From NCBI RefSeq assembly GCF_035285525.1, contig NZ_JAYKGW010000109.1, forward strand, positions 27,173 through 59,172: DNA of 32,000 bases, in the 5' to 3' direction. The stretch's first letter is position 1. Each line of letters begins with the position of its first letter. Of the stretch, positions 8,654 through 16,716 are shown piece after piece. Made by a program: the position numbers and the translations under genes. Under the pieces are notes generated by a model that was not told the DNA's origin, searched no databases, and worked only from the letters and a program-made list of their open reading frames with translations. Source of the stretch: Okeania sp. (lineage in GTDB: Bacteria > Cyanobacteriota > Cyanobacteriia > Cyanobacteriales > Microcoleaceae).

Positions 8654-9109
8654 ATGAATGAAAATTATTTTGAATTTGAGCAAGATTTCGTAGCATCTCT
8701 ACGGTGCATTCCTATGATAGTACGCTATAAATTAGATACTTGTGGAGTTAAATTAAAATTATCCCACTGGCATCAATTTAATCATACAATTCGTCAAGAA
8801 TTAGTAGATAGACCTTGTACTGAACCTGAAGAAATTAAAAGTTACCGAGAATGGTTACATCAGTTAGTAATTGAGCAAACAAATACCTCTGCTAAAGATT
8901 TACCTATTCCAGAAAACCCTCCTTGGGTAGATGAGACAAAAATTCCCGAAACAGTTCAGGAAAAAGCTCAAGAAGTAGGTCTTCAAATTAATTTAAACCA
9001 ATGGAAAAATCTCACTGCAATGCAAAGGTTTGTTCTCGTTAAACTTAGTCGCCCTAGCCATGAAAATAAAAACTTTTTACCTGCTATTCAAGAATTTAAC
9101 TTGATTTGA
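8654..9109 (+). CDS. Nitrate reductase-associated protein (TIGR02664-like)
   Basis: The N-terminus MNENYFEFEQDFVASLRCIPMIVRYKLDTCGVKLKLSHWHQF matches the conserved start of this small cyanobacterial family. I prefer ATG 8654 over the TTG 8609 used by the ORF track. Confidence 0.7.
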   Translation: MNENYFEFEQDFVASLRCIPMIVRYKLDTCGVKLKLSHWHQFNHTIRQELVDRPCTEPEEIKSYREWLHQLVIEQTNTSAKDLPIPENPPWVDETKIPETVQEKAQEVGLQINLNQWKNLTAMQRFVLVKLSRPSHENKNFLPAIQEFNLI

Positions 9110-9347
9110 ATCAGAGCAAATAATGGATAATGGATAATTGATAATTAGGGCTTGCTGATTGAATATAAAAGTGTTTATATATAAAGCTTTTACCCTTTTT
9201 AGGTTGTAAAAAAGTATCAGATTTTAGCCTTATAAATCTAAAAAAGTGAGTATTTTGGTTATATTGAGGCACCCAAGTCAAGGGATAATTTTTTCGATTT
9301 ATCGGGAACCGTCCATGTCCTCTAAAACTCCTTATTCCTCTTGACTT

Positions 9348-9403
9348 CCCCTCCATCGGAGGGGTTAGGGGTGGGTGACTCTCTACTCCCTACTCCCTAT
9401 TTC
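9348..9403. repeat. CCCCTCC-N-GGAGGGGTTAGGGGTGGGTG element plus CTACTCC heptamers
   Basis: 9348-9377 is the reverse complement of the element at 16158-16184 (CCCACCCCTAACCCCTCCCAGGAGGGG). It is followed by CTACTCC CTACTCC CTATTTC at 9383-9403. Confidence 0.75.
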
Positions 9404-9413
9404 TTAACTTAAT

Positions 9414-10040
9414 TTACAGTTCAATTAAGCCTTCTGGGGGAGTAATTTCAATGATATTTTTTTCAAAATCAACTATAGGAACAATTTCTTTTACAAACGG
9501 AATTAAAATATTTTTGCCTTGAGAAGATTGAGATTTTTGCTGATGTTTTTTTCGCCGACTTGGCTCATTTTCTTGTGGTAAATTATTTGCCTTATCAACT
9601 TCAGAAATAACAGGAATATTAGATATTTTTTCTACTTCTAATAAATCACTACCAGCAGAAATCATGCTCACAACCTTCCCAAGAATTTCCCCATTTAACT
9701 GATTAATAACTGTTAAACCAATTAAATCTGGGACATAAAATTCATCTTCTTCTAGTTCAGGGCGATCGCCTTTTTCAATCAATAACAGACTATTTCGTAA
9801 ACCTTCAGCTTGTTCACGATTTTCAATTTCTGCTAACTTTATTACATATAAACCCTTACCAGAAAGATAACGACCACCTAATAATTCAATAGACTGGGGT
9901 TCCATTTGATTTGGTAATAATAACCACCTTTTTCCAGGTTCTAAGAATCTTTCTGGGAAATCTGAACTAGGATATACTCGCAGTTCTCCCCTCAAACCTT
10001 GAGGTGCAACAATTTTACCAATTTCAATCCATTCAGACAT
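9414..10040 (-). CDS. rimM: 16S rRNA processing protein RimM
   Basis: 208 aa. The N-terminus EWIEIGKIVAPQGLRGELRVYPSSDFPERF is the RimM signature, followed by a PRC-barrel-like C-terminus with a basic, hydrophilic insertion. Confidence 0.9.
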   Translation of the reverse strand: MSEWIEIGKIVAPQGLRGELRVYPSSDFPERFLEPGKRWLLLPNQMEPQSIELLGGRYLSGKGLYVIKLAEIENREQAEGLRNSLLLIEKGDRPELEEDEFYVPDLIGLTVINQLNGEILGKVVSMISAGSDLLEVEKISNIPVISEVDKANNLPQENEPSRRKKHQQKSQSSQGKNILIPFVKEIVPIVDFEKNIIEITPPEGLIEL

Positions 10041-10046
10041 AATTTA

Positions 10047-10081
10047 AGTCAGAAGTCAAAATTTAAAAGTCAAAAGTTAAA
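10047..10081. repeat. STRR heptamer tract (AGTCAGA AGTCAAA ATTTAAA AGTCAAA AGTTAAA)
   Basis: Five consecutive 7-nt units directly upstream of the rimM start. Confidence 0.85.
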
Positions 10082-10426
10082 TAGATCTGGAATTACGCAA
10101 AGAGTAAATTATACATCATCTTTAGTAAACTGACACACTTAAAAATGTAGGTTGGGTAGTAGCTTGCTTCTGTATAGCAGTACGATAGTGAAACCCAACA
10201 AAACCTTACTAATGTTGGGTTGTCACCGTCTAACGGGACGGGTTTATGTAAATCTTAGAGTAAGCATTAAAATTCTAGCTCAAACTCGCCCCCTACCCCA
10301 TACAACATTTTAAGATGAAACAATCCAGTAGGGTCGAAATGAATATAAAGTTTAAAGTTGGCTTTGATAGTAAGATTCAATTTACCTCAACTAATAAAGC
10401 TTTTATCTCAAACTAAAATAAATAAC

Positions 10427-10458
10427 TGACCGCTGACTGCTGATTGCTGAATACTTAC
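10427..10458. repeat. STRR heptamer tract CTGACCG CTGACTG CTGATTG CTGAATA CTTAC
   Basis: Strict 7-nt periodicity. It ends in the GCTGAATACTTAC variant of the dispersed motif. Confidence 0.85.
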
Positions 10459-10488
10459 TTATTAGTTAATCTTAATTTTTAGAAGTTA

Positions 10489-11841
10489 ATGAAAATTATA
10501 AAAGGAAACATACAACCAAGAAAAGCTGTTCAACCATTTGTTATTTATAGAAAAAAAAATATGGTTAGTGATAAAGGGAAAAGGAATAATAGTTGTCAAA
10601 AATTTCCCTTGACTTTACCAAAATCAATTTGTATTTTCATTTTAACTTTGATGTTTTCTATTGGTGAAAGTGCCGTATATAGTCAAAATAAAAATTATTA
10701 TATAAATAACAAAATTAACCATGATTACCAACCCGAAAAATCTTTAATTCTGCTCGCGCAAAATCAAACACAATTAGAAGAATTTGACTTTAGAGAAGAA
10801 ATTCGCGATCGCGTCCGACAAGAAGTAGATTATACTTTTCGTCATGCGACATCATTACTTGGTGTTTTTCTAATTGTTTTGACATTTTTTCCGGCTTCAG
10901 CAGCAATTTGGATTTGGTTTTCCCAAGCAAAATTAGCTAACAAAATTGATATTACAGAACAAGAAATTGATAGTTTGAAATATGACACAATATCTCAACT
11001 AAAAGAAATTGTAGAAGAGGCTCAAATTATCTTAAATGAACTGAAACAACAAAGTAATAAAGCTGATGAAAAAATTGAACAACTGCAAAAGGATACTTTG
11101 ATTCAATATTCTTCTACTCAAGAGGATAATTCTGAGCCATTAATGATGGCAAATGATTATGCCAAACAAGCCTCTCAATTTCTATTAGCAGGTCGGCCTA
11201 AAGAAGCTATTAATGCTTATAATCAAGCCTTAAAAATTTATCCAGAAATGGCAGAAATTTGGAATAATCGGGGTGTGGCATTGACAAGATTAAAGATGTT
11301 TGATGAAGCGATCGCTTCTTATGATAGAGCTTTACAAATTCAGCCTGATTATGCAGATGCTTGGAATAATCGTGGGGTTTCTTTAATAGAATTGCAGCAT
11401 TATCAGGAGGGAATTAATTCTTTTGAACAAGGAATAAAGGTTAAACCTGATTATGCAGATGCTTGGAATAATCGTGGGGTTTGTTTAGCTAAAATTCAAA
11501 AATATCAAGAGGCGGTAAAATCTTATAATCAGGCAATTGCAATTAGAAATAATTATACTGATGCTTGGAATAATCGGGGTGTTTCTTTGATGAAGTTAGG
11601 TATTTATGAAGAGGCGATCGCTTGTTTTGATAATGCTGTAAAAATTAAACCTAACTATTCTAATGCTTGGTATAATTTGGCGCGTTGTTGTAGTTTAAAA
11701 GGTGAGGTGGAAATTGCTTTACAACATTTAGAAAAAGCGATTATTTTGAATGATGGAAACTATCAGGAAATGGCAAAAAATGAACCTGATTTTGAGAATA
11801 TTCGGCATAATGATTTGTTTCAAAAATTGATATTGAATTAA
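10489..11841 (+). CDS. Membrane-anchored coiled-coil + TPR repeat protein
   Basis: 450 aa with two hydrophobic segments (ICIFILTLMFSI and LLGVFLIVLTFFPASAAIWIWF) and a coiled-coil stretch. About 6 TPR units follow, each with the recurring motif A(E/D)(A/I)WNNRGV. ATG 10561 is an alternative start. Confidence 0.85.
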   Translation: MKIIKGNIQPRKAVQPFVIYRKKNMVSDKGKRNNSCQKFPLTLPKSICIFILTLMFSIGESAVYSQNKNYYINNKINHDYQPEKSLILLAQNQTQLEEFDFREEIRDRVRQEVDYTFRHATSLLGVFLIVLTFFPASAAIWIWFSQAKLANKIDITEQEIDSLKYDTISQLKEIVEEAQIILNELKQQSNKADEKIEQLQKDTLIQYSSTQEDNSEPLMMANDYAKQASQFLLAGRPKEAINAYNQALKIYPEMAEIWNNRGVALTRLKMFDEAIASYDRALQIQPDYADAWNNRGVSLIELQHYQEGINSFEQGIKVKPDYADAWNNRGVCLAKIQKYQEAVKSYNQAIAIRNNYTDAWNNRGVSLMKLGIYEEAIACFDNAVKIKPNYSNAWYNLARCCSLKGEVEIALQHLEKAIILNDGNYQEMAKNEPDFENIRHNDLFQKLILN

Positions 11842-11878
11842 GGTAGATAGTATAGCTATTTATTATTATAATAACTAA

Positions 11879-12110
11879 CTGTCATTGCGAGGGGGGAAGG
11901 GAAAGTAATTATTTTCAAGAGAAATTATCAACACCCCCAAAGCAATCTCTAAGATGTCATTGCGAGGGGCAGGAAAAGTAATTATTTTATGTGAAGCACC
12001 CTAAGACCCCCGAAGCAATCTTTTCTGTCATACGGGAGATTGCTTCGGCTAAGTTAATAGTTATTCCGAAAAGTTAACTGCTTCTATCACCGCCTCGCAA
12101 TGACAACCTC
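11879..12110. mobile_element. MITE-like element: 5' partial copy (11880-~11950) abutting a full ~151-bp copy (11955-12105)
   Basis: The full copy has perfect 13-bp terminal inverted repeats, TGTCATTGCGAGG (11955-11967) and CCTCGCAATGACA (12093-12105). An internal hairpin is CGAAGCAATC...GATTGCTTCG. The composite is flanked directly by the 12-bp direct repeat TATAATAACTAA (11867-11878 and 12111-12122). Confidence 0.75.
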
Positions 12111-12184
12111 TATAATAACTAAATTAGCTTTAGCAAACATTTATCAATTTAGTATAATCTCTGTAATTTTAGATAAAGATTGCT

Positions 12185-12325
12185 ATGCCAGAAATTACTA
12201 TTAATTTACCAGAAGATATTTGTTCTGCTCGTCGTTTAACTGCTGAATAATTTGTTTAGGATATGTGTTTAGCAGCGGCTATATATTGGTATCAAAAAGG
12301 GGAAATTTCTCAAGAAAAAAATGAT
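12185..12325 (+). pseudogene. UPF0175-family antitoxin remnant
   Basis: Translation is MPEITINLPEDICSARRLTAE*FV*DMCLAAAIYWYQKGEISQEK. It has in-frame TAA (12248-12250) and TAG (12257-12259), and the 3' part is replaced by the next MITE copy. Confidence 0.55.
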
Positions 12326-12339
12326 AATAACTTCTAATA

Positions 12340-12481
12340 CTGTCCGCAGCGAGGGGGAAAAGAAAAGAAATTATTTTATGTGAAGCACCTCAACACTGTA
12401 ATACGAGAGATTGCTGCGGCTAAGTTAATGCTTATTCCGAAAGGTTAACTGTTTCTATCACCGCCTCGCAATGACAACCTC
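12340..12481. mobile_element. MITE-like element, copy C (variant left end TGTCCGCAGCGAGG, internal deletion)
   Basis: It shares ...ATTATTTTATGTGAAGCACC...GAGATTGCT.CGGCTAAGTTAAT...GTTAACTG.TTCTATCACCGCCTCGCAATGACAACCTC with copy B. Confidence 0.7.
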
Positions 12482-12482
12482 T

Positions 12483-12636
12483 CTGTCCGCAGCGAGGGGG
12501 AAGGAAAAGAAATTGTTTTATGTGAAGCACCCCAAAACCCCCGAAGCAATCTTTTCTGTAATATGGGAGATTGCTTTGGCTAAGTTAATAGTTATTTCTA
12601 GAAGTTAACAGTTTCTATCACCGCCTCGCAATGACA
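12483..12636. mobile_element. MITE-like element, copy D (a further 5' fragment follows at 12645-~12668)
   Basis: Full-length relative of copy B, ending in CCTCGCAATGACA (12624-12636) and directly adjoining copy C. Confidence 0.7.
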
Positions 12637-12739
12637 ATAACTTGTGTCATGGAAAGGGGAAAAGGCTGACATTTGATGAGTGATAAATAGATTATTAAAA
12701 ACTGATAACTGATAACTAAATTTCAGATGGCTGAAACAG

Positions 12740-14185
12740 CTATATTTTACATTCTACAAGTTTTTGCACGAGAGAAGAACCAACTACCGTCCACAATCGC
12801 ACAGCAAGCCAAGGGAGGTGCCCCTTATATGTGTTCAGACTAAAAGTTAGGTTTGAGTAATACAACCAGGTTCCTCCTTGACGCCATCCAACTTGATCGC
12901 CAAAATTTCTTGATATTTTACTATCATACTTCCTTGTACCACCCAAACTCTGATAAATCTGCTTCTGCACTGAAAAGCCAAATTTACCATTACTATATTT
13001 TACCCAAAGTTGGTCAATAGTTCCCAGGTCTTCGCAAGGAAAATTATCTATATCTTCTACTCTCAACCAACCTTCATTTTCTTGTCTTGCAACTTTCAAC
13101 ATACAATTAGCAGTTTCCTTGTCTGCTTCTTTCCATTTTCCTGATGCTAATAGATCGCGCAATTTTTCATATTTTACTCCTCTAGCTGAGATTAAAGGTA
13201 CATTATTAGAAACAAAATTTTGTCGAGGTTGTTGATTTTTTTGAGTAGCAGAAACAGATTTTTTTGGAGAATTTTGCAATTCTTGAGTAACAGAAACAGA
13301 AGAATTACCAAATCCTAAATCAGCCAAAACATCTTCAACCTGCTGATAACGTTGCTTTGGTTTTTGCTCTACCAAACCATCTAAAACTTTAGCCAAATTA
13401 TCACTGACAAAATTTACATTTAAACAATCTCGCCATACCCATTCCATTTCCATTACATCATACAAATCAAAGGGACTCATCTGAGTCAATAAATGTAAAC
13501 AAGTTACTCCCAAACTATACAAATCGCTAGCTAATTTTGCCTTTCCCATTGACTGTTCCGGGGCGCAATACTCTGCTGAACCAATAACTGTTCCTGTCAC
13601 TGTCCGACGTTGAGTTGTTGGTAAAATTTTAGATGCTCCAAAATCAACCAAAACTAACTTTTTATCTGCCTCTCTCCTAATAATATTCTCCGGCTTAATA
13701 TCCCGATGAATTACATTATGACCGTGAACAAATTGCAAAACAGATAATAAGTCTATTAACAATTCTCTAATTTGACTTTCATTAAAAACGCCACAATTTT
13801 CTAACTATTTTTGTAGAGTTTCACCTTGAATAAATTCCTGTACTAAATATTGACGATTATCCACAGTAAAATAACCATAAAGTTCAGGGATTTGGGAATG
13901 CTTTCCTAATAACTTCAACCTTTCTGTTTCCTGTGCAAATAACTCCGCAGCTTTTGCCACAGTTTTGGTTTCCTGTAGCTCAGGGAGAAACTGTTTAATG
14001 ACACAAAAAGGTTTAGAAGGTTTAAACTCATCTACTGCTAAAAAAGTTCGACCAAAACCACCTTGTCCGAGAATACTTTTTGCCCAATAACGTTCTACAA
14101 GTAATAGTTTATTTCCGCATTTTTGACAGAACTTAAAATTGTCTGGGTTAATAGTTAAACACTCTGGATTAAGACACTGGGACAT
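12740..14185 (-). pseudogene. Ser/Thr protein kinase with N-terminal 4-Cys zinc ribbon and C-terminal GUN4-like domain, interrupted by one in-frame TAG
   Basis: ORFs 13805-14185 and 12740-13762 share a frame. The only interruption is TAG (minus strand) at 13805-13807, and read-through gives GETLQK*LENCGVFNESQIRELLIDLLSVLQFVHGHNVIHRDIKPENI. Motifs: CLNPEC..FCQKCG, GQGGFGRTF, VIKQF, HRDIKPEN, DFG, and the GUN4-like segment GKWKEADKET...FPCEDLGTIDQLWVKYSNGKFGFSVQ. Confidence 0.8.
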
Positions 14186-14345
14186 AATTAATAATTAATA
14201 ATCAATAATGAAAATTATAACAATCCGCGCTTAGAATGAATAATTAATAATGAAAATTATCGCAATCCTTCCTTATGTATGTTGTTAAAATTCAAACCTA
14301 TTGAATAATTTCTATAGCAACCCTAAATTAGGTTATAAGATTATC

Positions 14346-14401
14346 GTAGGGGTTTGGTCTCCAAATCCCTTAGTACTTGGGTTTGGAGACCAAACCCCTA
14401 C
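14346..14401. repeat. Long near-perfect hairpin, GTAGGGGTTTGGTCTCCAAA ... TTTGGAGACCAAACCCCTAC (family copy 3)
   Basis: The 20-bp arms at 14346-14365 and 14382-14401 are exact reverse complements, and the pairing extends with one mismatch. It sits between the CocE/NonD stop and the kinase start. Confidence 0.85.
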
Positions 14402-14423
14402 AGCTAAATCTGATTCCTGATTG

Positions 14424-16085
14424 CTATATTTTATAACTTCGCTCCTTCTTCCTTCTTCCTTCTTCCTTCGTCATTGACAAAGAAATTATAGAAGGATAAT
14501 TTTTCCCGAAACTAACAGTTATGGTAATAATTTTTGCGTCAATTAATTTTACTTCTGCTGGTGGTTTATCTATACCAGGATTAATTAAATAAGCTGGAAA
14601 ACAAGCAGCACTTAAACTCAATCTTATCCCATTACCTTTAGCAATTTTCATACAAGTTGGTTGTAAACAAATTTTCACTGGCAAATCATTATCAACCACC
14701 TTAATATAACCCTGACTAAAATTATAAACATTCCCATTTTTTCTCACTTCAGACAACACAGCATAAAGATCAAAACTACTTGTATCTGCCGTACAATAAA
14801 CATTCACAAAAATATCTCCAGCTATGTGTAAGTCTGACCTTAAAAATTCAGAAGTATAAGTCAAAATATCAGTCCGACAATCTAATTCTGAACGTTCAAA
14901 AGAACCGGCTGGAAATGTCGCATGACCTCCCAATGTGGGAACTGGTCGCCAAGGGTCATGTACAAACGTATCATCAACAGAAATATCAGGGCAATTTTCC
15001 GTTAAACTTCCCGAATCTTCCCTCATATTAGCAAGTCCTGTACTAGCCAAATAATAGAACTTATTATTATTACTCGGCCAACAATTAAAATTACGCCATT
15101 CATTACTTCCCATCTCAAATAAAGAAACAGGCGATCGCTCTAATATTCCTGTATTTATTCCTTTCAGAAATTGATTAAACCATAATATTTGTAAATCATC
15201 TATGGGGTTAGAAGCTGCTAAACCATAATTTACAGCTCCTACTTTTGTTCCCCAAGGAATATGAGACCAGGGACCGACAATTAATTTTTGTAAGAATTTA
15301 CTGCGGTTTACCATTTCTTTATATAAATGAATTGTACCTCGTAAATAGGTATCAAACCAACCGCCGATATGTAAGATTGGCAGGTCTACATTTTCCATAT
15401 TTGGTGATAGGTTTTGCCAATATTCATTAGATTGATAATTTTCTATCCACTGATGATAAAAAGATTCTTTTCCATACTCATTCATCACTTTTGGGAAGGC
15501 AGGATTTGTAGTAGATAAAGGCAAATTTCTGGAAGCTTGATAAAGTTCTTGATAAGACTTTTCATCTCCTTGTAAACGAGCAGTTTCTGTTGCTAGCTGA
15601 ACTGCCCAACCAAGATTTGTTTGTAAACAAAAAGCTCCACCTTCGTAAGCCCAATCTTGATATAAATCATAACCAATCATTCCCGGACAAATTGTTTTTA
15701 AAGCAGGAGGTTTAGCACTAGCAGCATATAGTTGAGTCATGCCTTGATAAGAAAATCCATACATTCCTATTTCGCCAGTACTACCTGGTAAATTTTTTGC
15801 CCAATTAATAGTATCAATTCCATCTTCAATTTCATGGGTAAATAATTGAAATTTTCCTTCGGATGTACCTCTACCTCGGACATCTTGAATAATTACAATA
15901 TAACCATGAGCAGCGTACCATTTTGGATGAGCATAAACCACTGTGGAAGCGATCGCTCGACCATAAGGTTGTCGCATTAATATTATGGGAAATTCTCCTT
16001 CTGCATCGGGGCGATAAATATCAGCATCTAAACGTACTCCATCTCTTGTTAACATGGATGTAGTTTCTTTGGGTAAAATTTTCAT
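14424..16085 (-). CDS. CocE/NonD family hydrolase (X-Pro dipeptidyl-peptidase S15-type alpha/beta hydrolase)
   Basis: 553 aa. It begins RDGVRLDADIYRPD...PIILMRQPYGR, contains the nucleophile elbow GMYGFSYQG, and has the family's C-terminal beta-sandwich length. The last ~12 codons (EEGRRKKERSYKI) run into a CCTTCTT heptamer tract at ~14442-14470. Confidence 0.85.
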   Translation of the reverse strand: MKILPKETTSMLTRDGVRLDADIYRPDAEGEFPIILMRQPYGRAIASTVVYAHPKWYAAHGYIVIIQDVRGRGTSEGKFQLFTHEIEDGIDTINWAKNLPGSTGEIGMYGFSYQGMTQLYAASAKPPALKTICPGMIGYDLYQDWAYEGGAFCLQTNLGWAVQLATETARLQGDEKSYQELYQASRNLPLSTTNPAFPKVMNEYGKESFYHQWIENYQSNEYWQNLSPNMENVDLPILHIGGWFDTYLRGTIHLYKEMVNRSKFLQKLIVGPWSHIPWGTKVGAVNYGLAASNPIDDLQILWFNQFLKGINTGILERSPVSLFEMGSNEWRNFNCWPSNNNKFYYLASTGLANMREDSGSLTENCPDISVDDTFVHDPWRPVPTLGGHATFPAGSFERSELDCRTDILTYTSEFLRSDLHIAGDIFVNVYCTADTSSFDLYAVLSEVRKNGNVYNFSQGYIKVVDNDLPVKICLQPTCMKIAKGNGIRLSLSAACFPAYLINPGIDKPPAEVKLIDAKIITITVSFGKNYPSIISLSMTKEEGRRKKERSYKI

Positions 16086-16157
16086 TTTAATAGGTTTAAT
16101 AATTAATAATTAAAAGAGGGAAGAGGAAATAGGTAATAGGAAATAGGGGATAGGGAA

Positions 16158-16184
16158 CCCACCCCTAACCCCTCCCAGGAGGGG
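16158..16184. repeat. CCCACCCCTAACCCCTCCCAGGAGGGG element (partner of 9348-9377)
   Basis: Inverted copy of the 9348-9377 element, preceded by AATAGG(A/G) heptamer-like units at 16128-16157. Confidence 0.75.
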
Positions 16185-16348
16185 AATAATTGATGATTTA
16201 TAGATAATAATTGATTCTATTTTTGATTTTTAGAGATGTCTAATAATTAACAATAAAAAAAATGGGATTTGGAAACCAAACCCCTAAAATTTTTTTCACA
16301 AATCATTTCTTTGAGTTTATAGTATAAAAATTTTATGTTATGGATGTT

Positions 16349-16467
16349 CTTCAAAGTCCCCCTTACAAAGGGGGATTTAGGGGGATTGAAATCTACTTTT
16401 TTATATCTCCCCTTTGTCAGCGAGGGAGTCTTCAAAGTCCTCCTTACAAAGGGGGATTTAGGGGGAT
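16349..16467. repeat. Two copies of CTTCAAAGTCC(C/T)CCTTACAAAGGGGGATTTAGGGGGAT
   Basis: Copies at 16349-16386 and 16430-16467 differ by 1 nt. Each contains the hairpin CCCCTT-ACAA-AGGGGG. They create the spurious 'PLTKGDLGG' ORFs on both strands. Confidence 0.85.
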
Positions 16468-16716
16468 CAAACCCAAAACTGAGTCTTGAACCAAGATCTG
16501 TGTACACCGTAGCTTTCTCAGGCGGGTTGAATCACTGGATTACGTTCACCACAAAATTTAAGCAAATCTTCCACTTTGGCTCGAACCCTAGAAGCGATAA
16601 GCCTTAGACCGCGCCAGCGGGACAGGGTTTGGTAACAAATCATACAGTTGTCCCGTCACCCCTGCCCCCGGATTCGTGATATATCTGAGCATAGGAGCCA
16701 GCAGTAGAAGGTTTTT

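Noticed and set aside
481-12668. CRISPR array candidates: the 32-bp periodic tract (481-608) and the MITE nest (11.88-12.67 kb)
   Set aside because: Neither has identical short repeats alternating with unique spacers. The MITE units have TIRs and are about 150 bp long. No cas genes are present.
2511-13807. Programmed amber read-through or recoding, because both the AlbA_2 gene (2511-2513) and the kinase (13805-13807) are interrupted by TAG
   Set aside because: Other broken genes here carry TAA stops and frameshifts, the AlbA_2 gene also has a frameshift, and no pyl/suppressor machinery is visible. Ordinary pseudogenisation, or a base-call error for the kinase, is the simpler explanation.
16247-16607. 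ORFs 16247-16507 (-) and 16335-16607 (+), and similarly 9111-9356 (-) and 271-453 (-)
   Set aside because: They are created by dispersed repeats (the PLTKGDLGG-type hairpin repeats, the CCCCTAACCCCTCC element and the GCGTAAGTCC hairpins), and the two 16.3-kb ORFs overlap each other on opposite strands.
16575-16625. tRNA-like string GGTTCGAGCC (minus strand) at the compositional junction, a possible tRNA-fragment att site
   Set aside because: I could not fold a T-arm (the flanking 5-mers are not complementary), an anticodon arm or an acceptor stem. There is no cloverleaf, and no other tRNA-like T-loop was seen anywhere in the window.
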